Source: Candidatus Thorarchaeota archaeon (GTDB taxonomy: Archaea; Asgardarchaeota; Thorarchaeia; Thorarchaeales; Thorarchaeaceae). From it: a stretch of 64,000 nt of DNA. Location of the stretch: contig CAVSBO010000003.1 in assembly GCA_963726195.1 (NCBI GenBank), forward strand, positions 451,011 through 515,010, written 5' to 3'. Positions 48,850-58,278 of this stretch are shown one piece after another; the first letter of the stretch is position 1; each line of letters starts with the position of its first letter. Below the pieces are notes generated by a model. The model worked only from the letters and a program-made list of their open reading frames with translations. It was not told the origin of the DNA and searched no databases. A program made the position numbers and the translations under genes.

Positions 48850-49464
48850 TTACTCTGATTGGTCCTTGGACCTCTTCGACATGATCTCATCAACCTTGGC
48901 CCGGTCTTCCTCAGACAGGCCCTTCATGGCTTCTGCTGACTGGCGAAACATGTGATTCATGAGCACCGCATACAAGCCAGGAAGTGCCTTTTCAGTTTCA
49001 CACCGTTCCTTGAACTCCTGTTCCGCGGTCTCTCTGGCCTCGCGCAGCGAATCCTTCTGAACTTCGCCCTTTCCAATTCCGGAACAGTTCTTCTCAATTA
49101 CCCGGAACTTTGTTCCATCGTAGTCGAGTGGATAGGTCCGGCAAGATATGGGACGAGAATACCTAATGGAGCATGCGTTTGAGTCTTCATGATAAAACAT
49201 ACACGCGGTACTCTCGGGATCCTTCTTGAGCGGGCGTCGCTGGGTCTCAATGCCGATTGAATCCTCCTCGGACTCTGGTGCGACCAGAACGAGTCCGGGA
49301 ATAATGTGCGAAAGATAGTCTTGTTCAGTCCATCTCGAGATGTCGCCAATCGTCACATTGACGTGGGCACGAGTGCAGCAGACCCTCTGCGGGCAGTCCT
49401 GTTCTTGGCATTTGAAGCTGTACTTTGACTTGTCTGACATCAATATCACCAAGACGTCTTGCAC
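48850..49464 (-). CDS. YkgJ-family zinc/iron-chelating (CxxCxxCC-type) protein
   Basis: CPQRVCCTRAHVNVTIGDISRW and ACMFYHEDSNACSIRYSRPISCRTYP match the YkgJ/UPF0153 pattern. Confidence 0.6.
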   Translation of the reverse strand: MQDVLVILMSDKSKYSFKCQEQDCPQRVCCTRAHVNVTIGDISRWTEQDYLSHIIPGLVLVAPESEEDSIGIETQRRPLKKDPESTACMFYHEDSNACSIRYSRPISCRTYPLDYDGTKFRVIEKNCSGIGKGEVQKDSLREARETAEQEFKERCETEKALPGLYAVLMNHMFRQSAEAMKGLSEEDRAKVDEIMSKRSKDQSE

Positions 49465-49633
49465 ATCATGGAATCCACCAGTGAATCTTAATGGTTTCGA
49501 AGGAGGCCTAAATGCTCTCCTGTCCTCTCCGCGGTCAATATGTTTAATACAGCCGACTAGGGGCTTTCGACCCGAGTGCGACCCGGATGGCGTTGTTCAT
49601 GGCGAAGGTGTGTCATCCGGCCTGCGGAGGTTC

Positions 49634-50770
49634 ATGCCAATAATGGAACAAGATTGGCACTCGATTGATGAACAGGCAGTGATGGACGCACTTGGGACCA
49701 GTCGAGCTGGTTTGGATAGGGGAGATGCAGGGGAGAGGCTTCTGCAGTACGGACCTAACGAATTGGTGAGAGCGGAGAAGGAATCTCCTATCAGGATGCT
49801 GTTGGGTCAGTTCACCGATGTTCTCATTGTCATTCTGCTTATTGCCGTGGCAATCTCTTTCGTCGTGGGAGAAATGGTTGACGCGATTCTCATCCTGATA
49901 ATTGTGATCGCCTCTGCGGCCTTGGGTTTTGTTCAGGAGTACCGGGCTGAGCGTGCACTTGAGGCACTTCAGAAGATGTTGGCGCCAACAACCACGGTCG
50001 TCAGAAACAATATGGCGGTAGAGATTACAACACAGGACGTAGTTCCGGGTGACATACTCCAGTTGAAGGAAGGGGATAAGGTTCCTGCAGATGGTAGGGT
50101 GATTGAATCCTTCAACCTGAGGGTAACAGAAGCGGCGATAACTGGGGAATCAATACCTGTACAGAAAAGTACCCCGAAACTCCCTCGAGACACCCTCCTG
50201 TCTGACCGGAAAAACATGGTGCTTTCGGGAACTGAAATCGCCGCGGGCAGGGGCGTTGCGGTGGTAACTGCCACGGGTATGGCGACGGAATTTGGGAAAA
50301 TCGCTCACGAAGTAACTACTGTGGTCAAGGAACAGACTCCGCTTGAGAAGCGCACAAACGAAATAGGCAAGTGGCTGGGTGCTATTTCTCTCACTGTATG
50401 CCTGACTGTGATAGCCGTGGGCGTTGTAAGAGATGTTCTTGCGCATGGATACTTGCGTCCTGCATTCTTTGTGGAGATGGTTCTCTTCGGAGTCTCGCTC
50501 GCCGTGGCAGCTGTTCCGGAATCATTGCCTGCAGTTGTGACAGGCAGCTTAGCAATAGGAATGCACAGAATGGCAAAGAGCAACGCACTTGTTCGCAAAA
50601 TGTCAGCCGTTGAGACACTTGGTTCGACGACTGTGATATGCTCTGACAAGACAGGAACCATCACAAGGGGAGAAATGACCGTCCGAGAGGTTCGCATGCC
50701 CAACTCGAGAATCGGTGTTACAGGAGAAGGGTACGAACCCACTGGCAAGCTTATTGATTACCGAAGGTGA
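49634..50770 (+). CDS. P-type cation-transporting ATPase (P2/Ca-ATPase-like), fragment 1
   Basis: Cation_ATPase_N-like [20 protein letters not shown], the TGES motif (ITGESIPV) and the phosphorylation site [14 protein letters not shown]. The start is placed at the ATG at 49634; the track ORF begins at 49340 inside the opposite-strand gene. Confidence 0.85.
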   Translation: MPIMEQDWHSIDEQAVMDALGTSRAGLDRGDAGERLLQYGPNELVRAEKESPIRMLLGQFTDVLIVILLIAVAISFVVGEMVDAILILIIVIASAALGFVQEYRAERALEALQKMLAPTTTVVRNNMAVEITTQDVVPGDILQLKEGDKVPADGRVIESFNLRVTEAAITGESIPVQKSTPKLPRDTLLSDRKNMVLSGTEIAAGRGVAVVTATGMATEFGKIAHEVTTVVKEQTPLEKRTNEIGKWLGAISLTVCLTVIAVGVVRDVLAHGYLRPAFFVEMVLFGVSLAVAAVPESLPAVVTGSLAIGMHRMAKSNALVRKMSAVETLGSTTVICSDKTGTITRGEMTVREVRMPNSRIGVTGEGYEPTGKLIDYRR

Positions 50771-51020
50771 CTCCTCCGTCCAAACAAGAGAAGGGTTCAG
50801 ACTACTAATGAATGCGTGCATACTCTGCAATGATGCAGACCTCGTTCTTGAGAACGCGAAGTGGAGAGTCAGAGGCGATCCCACCGAAGGTGCTCTTGTA
50901 GTGTTGGCAGAAAAGGCGGGATTCCACGTCTCCGAAGTACGCAGCCGCTGCCCGAGGATTGGCGAGGTCCCCTTCAGCTCTGAAAGAAAGCGAATGAGCG
51001 ACAATGCACTATGGAAATGA
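50715..51020 (+). CDS. P-type ATPase, fragment 2 (N-domain)
   Basis: CNDADL....[18 protein letters not shown] and [10 protein letters not shown] continue the alignment in a second frame. Confidence 0.75.
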   Translation: MLQEKGTNPLASLLITEGDSSVQTREGFRLLMNACILCNDADLVLENAKWRVRGDPTEGALVVLAEKAGFHVSEVRSRCPRIGEVPFSSERKRMSDNALWK

Positions 51021-52398
51021 AGACTGTAAGATTGTTTACCTGAAGGGAGCACCGGAAGTTGTACTTAACCGCTGCTCAAAGATACACGAGGCCGATGGTA
51101 TCAAGATCCTGAGCGAGGAGTCGAAGCAGGGATTTCTCGAAGATGCAGAGATGATGGCCCAGAAAGCATTACGGCTTCTTGCATTTGCTTATCGTGAAGG
51201 CAAACACATGGATGACTCCTCGGAAGACACGCTCGAAAAGGACTTGGTCTTTCTCGGGATTGTGGGGATGATCGATCCTCCTCGTGGTGATGCGATAGAG
51301 GCCATAAGGGTCTGCAAGTCCGTTGGAATAAAAACGGTCATGATAACTGGTGACCATGCTCTCACTGCAAAGGCAATAGCGAAAGAAGCCGGAATATACG
51401 AAGACGGCGACCTAGTGCTCACTGATGCGGAAATGGAGAAAATCGATGACAGCAGTTTTGAGCAGATGGTGGAAAAGGTCTCGGTGTACGCAAGAGTCTC
51501 GCCAATTCGCAAATTGAAGATTGTCAGGGCTTGGAAGAAGCGTGGCAAGGTCGTGGCCATGACCGGGGATGGCGTGAATGATGCACCGGCTCTCAGGCAG
51601 GCAGACATAGGAGTTGCAATGGGCCTAACAGGAACCGACGTCACGAAGGAAGCGGCCGACCTCGTGCTTGCTGATGATAACTTCGCAACCATTGTGAAAG
51701 CGATCGAATTGGGCAGATGGATATACGACAACATCAAGAAATACCTAGCCTACCTGATCCAGACCAACTTGGTCGAAATCGTAATGCTCTCTGTTGCAGT
51801 TCTCATAGGATACCCGCTTCCTCTCATACCGGCCCAGCTGCTCTACATCAATCTCGTCACAGACGGTTTCCCAGCAATAGCTCTTGGATTGGGCCCTCCA
51901 GATCCTGATATTATGCAGAGACCGCCCAGAAGTCCCAATGAGAGTATATTCAGCAAAGAGGTAAAGCTGTTCTATGTAATCTCTCTCTTGATGCAAAGCC
52001 CCGTTTTTCTCTACGTATTCGTGAGCATTGTTCCTCTTGGCGCTGCTGAGGGAAGCACGCAATTGTTGTTGGGCAGAAGCATCTTGTTTTACATGTTTGT
52101 TTTCATGGAGCTTGTCGTCGCGATCAAATGCCGGTCTCTGAGATACTCGATCTTTCGGATTCGACCCCATCGGCTTCTGTGGCTGGCAGTAATTGGCAAT
52201 GCGGTTTTGACTATTGGACTATTCAGCGTACCCTTTATCGCTGACGCTTTCGGTCTGGTCCCAATTGGCACGTTCGGTGTCGAGGTCATTGTGATGGTGT
52301 GCCTGCTCACTTTTGTCTCTCTGGAAATTGCCAAATATCTCGTTAGTAAGTTCAGCTTGCCGAATGAGGCGAAAACTCTTCCGACAACTCTGATGTGA
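51004..52398 (+). CDS. P-type ATPase, fragment 3 (N/P domains and C-terminal TM helices)
   Basis: KGAPEVVL, MITGDHALTA, VAMTGDGVNDAPALRQADIGVAMG, and 5-6 C-terminal TM helices. Confidence 0.85.
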   Translation: MHYGNEDCKIVYLKGAPEVVLNRCSKIHEADGIKILSEESKQGFLEDAEMMAQKALRLLAFAYREGKHMDDSSEDTLEKDLVFLGIVGMIDPPRGDAIEAIRVCKSVGIKTVMITGDHALTAKAIAKEAGIYEDGDLVLTDAEMEKIDDSSFEQMVEKVSVYARVSPIRKLKIVRAWKKRGKVVAMTGDGVNDAPALRQADIGVAMGLTGTDVTKEAADLVLADDNFATIVKAIELGRWIYDNIKKYLAYLIQTNLVEIVMLSVAVLIGYPLPLIPAQLLYINLVTDGFPAIALGLGPPDPDIMQRPPRSPNESIFSKEVKLFYVISLLMQSPVFLYVFVSIVPLGAAEGSTQLLLGRSILFYMFVFMELVVAIKCRSLRYSIFRIRPHRLLWLAVIGNAVLTIGLFSVPFIADAFGLVPIGTFGVEVIVMVCLLTFVSLEIAKYLVSKFSLPNEAKTLPTTLM

Positions 52399-52454
52399 CC
52401 AAGAACGAGGATGACTCGCCATGTGAGATCAGTAACGGATAATCCGTGCTGAAA

Positions 52455-52715
52455 CTAATGAGTAAGCCGCTTCTCAAGCCAAGTGTACATATCGTTGAGA
52501 ACCTGTTCCCGACCCACTTCCCCATGCAGTTCATGATAGAATCCGTCATAAAGTCTCCAAGTCTTGTCAGCAGAGCCGAGCCTCTCGAAAAATGATCGAG
52601 TCATGTTCGGATCGACCGCCACGTCGTCACCGGCCTGTTGCACCAAGATGGGAAGCATAATCATTGGTGCAGGCTTCGAATCCCTCGCGCATCGCCTTGA
52701 GAGCGGACCGGCCAA
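52455..52715 (-). CDS. Alpha/beta hydrolase (lysophospholipase / monoacylglycerol lipase-like), C-terminal fragment
   Basis: PILVQQAGDD.V.D.......FFERLGSADKTWRLYDGFYHELH contains the catalytic Asp and His region. Confidence 0.65.
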   Translation of the reverse strand: MAGPLSRRCARDSKPAPMIMLPILVQQAGDDVAVDPNMTRSFFERLGSADKTWRLYDGFYHELHGEVGREQVLNDMYTWLEKRLTH

Positions 52716-53298
52716 ACCTGGCGGTCACCTTGTCAAACCTCAACTTGTCGTCCTTGTGCGCCTGCACCACCTCGGGGTCATGTGACGCATATTCGAACTC
52801 AAGGGAATTACCGAACCGGTGTTTCACGTTGAGCACCGACAAGATTGACGCGGCAGCTCTCGTCCCTCTGCCAATCTTGAGACGTTCAGAGACAGCTGGA
52901 CATGACAGAAGCGCACCTTCCACTCCGCGGGGATATGTAGCCACGTATCTAATCACGTGAAGGCCGCCAAGGGAATGACCGAACACGAAAGTCAGTTTGT
53001 CATGGAATCTGTTCCTGACTTGGTCGACGATATTCTTCATGTCCTCCTTGTACTCGTCGAAGCTCATAACGTGGCCTTTCAATCCTTCATAGTGGCCAAA
53101 TCCTCTCATGTCAGGAGCAAACGTTGCGACTCCGCGTTGAGCAAAGTACTCTCCTATGTTCTTCAGCGTGAATCCATGACTGCCCAACCCGTGGATTGCT
53201 ACGAGAAGCGCACGTGGTTTTTCATCCGCGGGCATCCATACTGACATGAACATCCTAGTGCCGTCGTATCCGACGTAATTGCTCTCCTCGTAAGTCAT
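52627..53298 (-). CDS. Alpha/beta hydrolase (lysophospholipase / monoacylglycerol lipase-like), N-terminal part
   Basis: Oxyanion region LLVAIHGLGSHG and nucleophile elbow FGHSLGG. The frame shifts near 52680. Confidence 0.75.
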   Translation of the reverse strand: MTYEESNYVGYDGTRMFMSVWMPADEKPRALLVAIHGLGSHGFTLKNIGEYFAQRGVATFAPDMRGFGHYEGLKGHVMSFDEYKEDMKNIVDQVRNRFHDKLTFVFGHSLGGLHVIRYVATYPRGVEGALLSCPAVSERLKIGRGTRAAASILSVLNVKHRFGNSLEFEYASHDPEVVQAHKDDKLRFDKVTARFGRSALKAMREGFEACTNDYASHLGATGR

Positions 53299-53419
53299 TG
53301 CGACCAGGCTCTTCGAAACACAAACGCTCTATTAACGTTGGGGCCACAAGCCTGTATGCGAGTGAATGAACCACGAAAAAAGAGAGAGCAAGCCCACGGA
53401 TGAGTGGGCCGCCTTTCTA

Positions 53420-54307
53420 TCAGCCCGTGAACTTGATAGGCTTTGGAGGATCAGTTGAGTAATCGTAGAAGCCTTTGCCCGATTTCCGCCCAAGCCATCC
53501 GGCCCTAACCATCTTCCGAAGCAACGCCGGGGCCCTGTACTTGCTATCTTTAAACTCCTCCACGAAGTAGTCTGAAATGTACAGCGTTGTATCAAGTCCC
53601 ACAAAATCGAGCAGTGTCAGAGGCCCCATTGGCCAATTGAGCCCAAGCTTGATTGCAAGGTCCAAGTCCTCGACCGTGGTGACGCCTTCTTGGATGGCGA
53701 ATACAGCCTCCATCATCGCAGGCACGAGAACCCTGTTGACTGCAAAGCCGGGCGCCTCCTTCACCACAACCGTTTGCTTACCCACCTTGGTCGATACTGC
53801 CTTGATGGTCTCGACAGTCGCATCGTCGGTGGCTTGACCTTTGATTATCTCTACGAGCCCCATTACCGGCACGGGGTTAAAGAAATGCATCCCGATGAAT
53901 TTCTGAGGCCGCTTTGTGACCGCGGCCATTTGTGTGATGCTGATACTGGATGTGTTAGAAGCAAGCACCGCACTCTGGGGTGCAAACGAATCGACCTGCT
54001 GCCAAGTGTCGAGCTTGAGTTTCACGATTTCAGGTATAGCCTCAATCACAAGGTCGACATCCTTCACAGCTTCCTTCAGGTCAAGAACTCCTTTGATTCG
54101 GCGCATCGTCGAATCGATTTCCTCTTGGGTAATCTTGCCTTTCTTGAGACCTCTTTCCAAGTCGCCCTTGATCGTGGCAATTCCTTTATCAATGAACTTC
54201 TGTTCGATGTCCCTCATCTTGACATCGTATCCGGCTCGAGCGCATACATGGGCGATGCCATTGCCCATCTGACCTGCTCCAAGGACGGCTATCTTCTTGA
54301 TTTCCAT
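53420..54307 (-). CDS. hbd: 3-hydroxyacyl-CoA (3-hydroxybutyryl-CoA) dehydrogenase
   Basis: KIAVLGAGQMGNGIAHV, ASNTSS, and HFFNPVPVMGLVEII. The start is placed at MEIKKIAVLG (54307); the track ORF extends to 54424. Confidence 0.85.
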   Translation of the reverse strand: MEIKKIAVLGAGQMGNGIAHVCARAGYDVKMRDIEQKFIDKGIATIKGDLERGLKKGKITQEEIDSTMRRIKGVLDLKEAVKDVDLVIEAIPEIVKLKLDTWQQVDSFAPQSAVLASNTSSISITQMAAVTKRPQKFIGMHFFNPVPVMGLVEIIKGQATDDATVETIKAVSTKVGKQTVVVKEAPGFAVNRVLVPAMMEAVFAIQEGVTTVEDLDLAIKLGLNWPMGPLTLLDFVGLDTTLYISDYFVEEFKDSKYRAPALLRKMVRAGWLGRKSGKGFYDYSTDPPKPIKFTG

Positions 54308-54754
54308 CGTGACCTTCCTCATGGATGTTATTCGGTGCTCGACTGGTCGATTGAGCTCGTAATATGTTTGACTGTCGGCGGCTGTCCCGGCCGAGACTGC
54401 ACAAGTCGCGTCATGTGACCCCATTATGTGTCCCCCTGTTGTGGCTTCGTCTTATATCGAAACGAAAGAACCGACGGCATGCATGAGACAGCGGCGACGA
54501 ATGGGATGGGAGCATTCCATCCCGAGGCCCGGGGTCCATCCCCATGGCCCTCGGGGACCGCCTGAGCATTTCTCTCGTATCTCCCGCAGCCTCTGCAAGA
54601 CTCACGCAGGGGCTGCTCTCATGGAGGTTGCCTATGTGAGCAGACTAATAACGGATAACCATTGGCCCGGAAGGACAGACGGTCCCCGATCGCAGCAGAA
54701 TAGACTTCAGTTCGATAGGAGTGTTCGACGAAAGCTGGGAGGACAGAAACTCGA

Positions 54755-56254
54755 ATGACAGTAACGGCTCGATTCTTCGGTTTGAAGGACTCTCCCCCAG
54801 CTATTCTTGGCATGGCCAGAGTAATGGGCATCTTTCTTCCGTTGGTGGCCGCTACTGTTACTTTCTCCACCACCTTCTACGTAATCTTCGTCGCTGAAGC
54901 ATTGGGCAAAGGCGACTACATTCAAGGAATGGCGCTCATCGGCCCGCTTATTGTCGTTGAGATGGCGGCTCAAACTGCATTGGACTATCCCACGGGCAGT
55001 GTAGGAGACTGGATTGGACAGCGGTTTGTACTATCACTTTCATTCGGACTCTATGCAGTCACATTCTATCTGATATCACGGGTTACCTATGATACTCCGT
55101 ACCTACTTCTCGTCGTCATATACGCTATCCAAGGAGTGGCCGATGCTCAGCAGAGCGGCTCTTGGGGAGCATGGTTCGACAACAACTACAGGGTCGCTGT
55201 TCCGAAGGACACGGATCGAAAACAATACGGAGTCATGCAGGGTAGAATCGGCATGCTATTTCAGATTGTCTCGACCTTGGCACTGATTCCCGGAAGTGTC
55301 ATGGCACTCATCTTCGGTAGGACATGGGTCTTCCAGCTGCAATCCATATTGTGCGTAGTGATAGCTATCTCACTTTTGTATGTGATGCGTGACTTGCCCG
55401 AGGTCAGGAGTAACCGGCAAAAAAGGCCAACCACAAAGGAATATGGTTCGCTCTTGAAATCAGGCGTCAGTTATCTGACGAATAATCAGTTCCTCAAGTA
55501 TGTCGTATTCGGGTCAATGCTCGCAACTAGCTCGATTATAGTGTGGGGAAATCTCATACTTTTTCCCATGTACTACCTGTACTTGCTGGCGGATGTTGCT
55601 GTGGCTTCCTTCAGAACCATGCTCTTCATACCAGGAGTCTTTTCTCAAGGTGTGTCGGGCAGCTGGTCAAGGAGGTTCGAGCCAAAGACATGGATTCCAA
55701 GATTCAGAGCTCTTGAGACGTGCGGGTTTCTTTTCTTCGTCGTCTTTGCAGCAATCATGTTCTTGCTGCCGCCCTCGACCAACCCTACAATGGTTCAGCT
55801 ATTCATTCCTTTCACAAGTATCCCGATAATACAGATACCCTCTGGCAACGCATTCCCACTGTTCATCATATTCATGACTTTCGTATCAACCGGCTTCTTC
55901 GGAGGGTTTGCAGATATCCTCACTCAGCGCCTCATCATTGATACAATACCCAACAGAATCAGGAACAGCATGTATTCGCTCCAGCCAGCCATTGCCACAA
56001 TTCTGGCGATGCCGCAGATTGCGCTGTTCGGATGGCTCACGAGGATATGGGGCTTTCCTCTCACACTGCTTTCTTGTGGTTTGATCTCTCTTCTTGGAGT
56101 GTTGATGATCAGGAAGGGAATGAAGTTTCCTCGTCCAGTCGCGGCTGATGTACCCACTGTTGCCACGACCACACAGAAAGAGGAGGGGCGTGAGTCACTA
56201 GCAGACCCCTTGAACGAGACTGACGCTGATTCTTCCAATGAGCCCCCCAAGTGA
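54755..56254 (+). CDS. MFS-type transporter
   Basis: About 12 predicted TM helices in a 6+6 arrangement, with a central basic loop and a hydrophilic C-terminal tail. Confidence 0.6.
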   Translation: MTVTARFFGLKDSPPAILGMARVMGIFLPLVAATVTFSTTFYVIFVAEALGKGDYIQGMALIGPLIVVEMAAQTALDYPTGSVGDWIGQRFVLSLSFGLYAVTFYLISRVTYDTPYLLLVVIYAIQGVADAQQSGSWGAWFDNNYRVAVPKDTDRKQYGVMQGRIGMLFQIVSTLALIPGSVMALIFGRTWVFQLQSILCVVIAISLLYVMRDLPEVRSNRQKRPTTKEYGSLLKSGVSYLTNNQFLKYVVFGSMLATSSIIVWGNLILFPMYYLYLLADVAVASFRTMLFIPGVFSQGVSGSWSRRFEPKTWIPRFRALETCGFLFFVVFAAIMFLLPPSTNPTMVQLFIPFTSIPIIQIPSGNAFPLFIIFMTFVSTGFFGGFADILTQRLIIDTIPNRIRNSMYSLQPAIATILAMPQIALFGWLTRIWGFPLTLLSCGLISLLGVLMIRKGMKFPRPVAADVPTVATTTQKEEGRESLADPLNETDADSSNEPPK

Positions 56255-56418
56255 TGAACCACAGCTGAGCAGCCGGCACGGAGCATATCGAGAATAATGG
56301 AAATCATGACAAGCTTATTATCTGTAGGTATGGTTGAATGAAGTGGTGATATGTGTGTCAGAGCGGCCGGGTTTCATGACTGTGCAATTCTCTGATTCAG
56401 GTCTGGCGACAATGGGTC

Positions 56419-57201
56419 ATGAGAACGAAGATGATACGTGAAGAAGACGTGAAATTCGAAGGCGAGGAAGGTAACCTGGAACTGACCGACGTTAGACTTG
56501 TCTGGTACAAGAACCCTTCCCATTCAGCTGGCCTCAAGAAATTCGCTGTGATTGCAGGAGCTGTTGCCGGTGCAGCATTGCTGGAGGGCATGGGTTCCCA
56601 AGTCAAAGGAATCGGAGGCGCTGCGATGCGGAGCGCAGGAAGAGGTCTAGGTGTCGCTGCGGTCTTTGGTGCGTTGTCCTCATGGAACCAAGACTCGTTC
56701 GTCAACAAGGACGCGAACGGGCACGCTGAAAGCGTAGCGCTTCCTCTTGTGGCATTCGCCCAGGCTCAGATTATGGGTGACAAACTTGTTCTGCCGCTGA
56801 AAAGCGGAGGCGACATGCGGTTCGAGTTCAAGCACCCCAAGTTGATTACTGCTTTCATAGCCAATATCAATGCGGCACAGGAACAGGGCAAGTGTCCTTA
56901 CTGTGGGGCACCATCTAGAGGATTGACTTCATGCGCACAGTGTGGGGCGCCGCTGGAAGGTGGACGCGCAGGTGCTGCTCCGACTGGACCTGCACAGGGT
57001 ACGACAGTAGTGGTAACTGGACCTGACCTCCTCAGCAGGGTGGACGTGGTGGCTTCTGCCCTAGGTGTGGGCAGCCTGTTCGCGTTGGTGCAAGATTCTG
57101 CGATGCATGCGGACAGAGCCTACGATAACAAGCGATTCAACTGGGCAGGCGATGGTCCTGCCCACAGAGGCTTTTTTCCAGCGTGGCTGGAATCCTCTTA
57201 G
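56419..57201 (+). CDS. Hypothetical protein: PH/GRAM-like N-terminus, Gly-rich membrane-like segment and zinc ribbons; the 3-prime end is frameshifted
   Basis: CPYCGAPSRGLTSCAQCGAPL is in frame. A second ribbon, FCPRCGQPVRVGARFCDACGQSLR*, ends at 57128 in another frame downstream of about 57025. Confidence 0.5.
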   Translation: MRTKMIREEDVKFEGEEGNLELTDVRLVWYKNPSHSAGLKKFAVIAGAVAGAALLEGMGSQVKGIGGAAMRSAGRGLGVAAVFGALSSWNQDSFVNKDANGHAESVALPLVAFAQAQIMGDKLVLPLKSGGDMRFEFKHPKLITAFIANINAAQEQGKCPYCGAPSRGLTSCAQCGAPLEGGRAGAAPTGPAQGTTVVVTGPDLLSRVDVVASALGVGSLFALVQDSAMHADRAYDNKRFNWAGDGPAHRGFFPAWLESS

Positions 57202-57231
57202 TCGGGAGTAAGTCTACCAAAGTGAGCGGTC

Positions 57232-57990
57232 TCATCGAAAGATATCTTCCGCCTTGGGCCGGGGCACACTGTGGCCGCGCTCGTCACCCTCTTCGTATTC
57301 ATATCCTCTAACGACAATCACAGGCGTCCCTTCACCTGCTTGCCCCATCACGTGCTCCACAGCAGCCGCAATTTCATCTATTTGGCAGACAGTTGACCTC
57401 TCGATCACCCTGCCGTAGAGGTCGGTCTTTCCCTTGTTGTACTTGAAAGCATTGATGCCTGCGCACCCTATTGCAAGATTCACAGACCCTTTCCGCCATG
57501 GTCTTCCCTGAGTATCAGAGATAATCACAGCAAGCTTGCGAAGGCCTGTTCTGCGCACCAGAGACTCGCGTATCTGGCCGGCACTGCCGTCCGGATCCAA
57601 AGGGAGAAGGACATAGCCACCTGCAGGAGCGTTTGAATGGTCTACTCCACTGAAGTTGCACACAAGCCCGTACAAGGTTTCAGTTATCAACACGCGTTCA
57701 GTGCGTAGAACTTCATGGCTTTCTCTCAAAGCGAGCTCAGCTTGAACTGGATCGAACCCGTTACGTTCTGCAATCTCCTTCGCTCTAGGCGAGACTTGGA
57801 CCTCTTTCTGGTCCATGGTCCTGCCCTCTGCCTTGGACACAAGAGTATGTGCTATGACCAAGACATCTCCATCTTTCAGGTGAATCTTCCGCCGACTGAG
57901 TGCAGATACCATAAGTTCGGCAACGTCGGCAGGACCGTCAATCACTGGTATGTCAGGAACTGCAAAAACCTCAATCTTCTTAGCACCCAT
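57232..57990 (-). CDS. cofE: Coenzyme F420-0:L-glutamate ligase
   Basis: GDVLVIAHTLVSKAEGR, YVLLPLDPD, and AVIISDTQGRPWRKGSVNLAIGCAG. The start is placed at MGAKKIEV (57990); the track ORF extends to 58179. Confidence 0.8.
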   Translation of the reverse strand: MGAKKIEVFAVPDIPVIDGPADVAELMVSALSRRKIHLKDGDVLVIAHTLVSKAEGRTMDQKEVQVSPRAKEIAERNGFDPVQAELALRESHEVLRTERVLITETLYGLVCNFSGVDHSNAPAGGYVLLPLDPDGSAGQIRESLVRRTGLRKLAVIISDTQGRPWRKGSVNLAIGCAGINAFKYNKGKTDLYGRVIERSTVCQIDEIAAAVEHVMGQAGEGTPVIVVRGYEYEEGDERGHSVPRPKAEDIFR

Positions 57991-58278
57991 TCTTGCGGTC
58001 TCAAACGGCACAGGCACGGCAAGCCGGAAAAGTCTGCCTATATTAGTCATCAGACACACATTGTTATGACCTAGAGAAACCATGACTTGCCCGACCGGTC
58101 CCCCATACTTTGACGCTGAGGAACGCTGAGTAACAACGGGAAAATGATAAATGCACACCGTAGAACTCATCCGGGCCAAATAACGTATTCAAGTAGTCTA
58201 GTAGAGAAACGTACGTTCAGCGAACACGGGCTTTGGTTATGCACGCGCTTGCACGAACTTGGATTTGAGGTGGATTGA

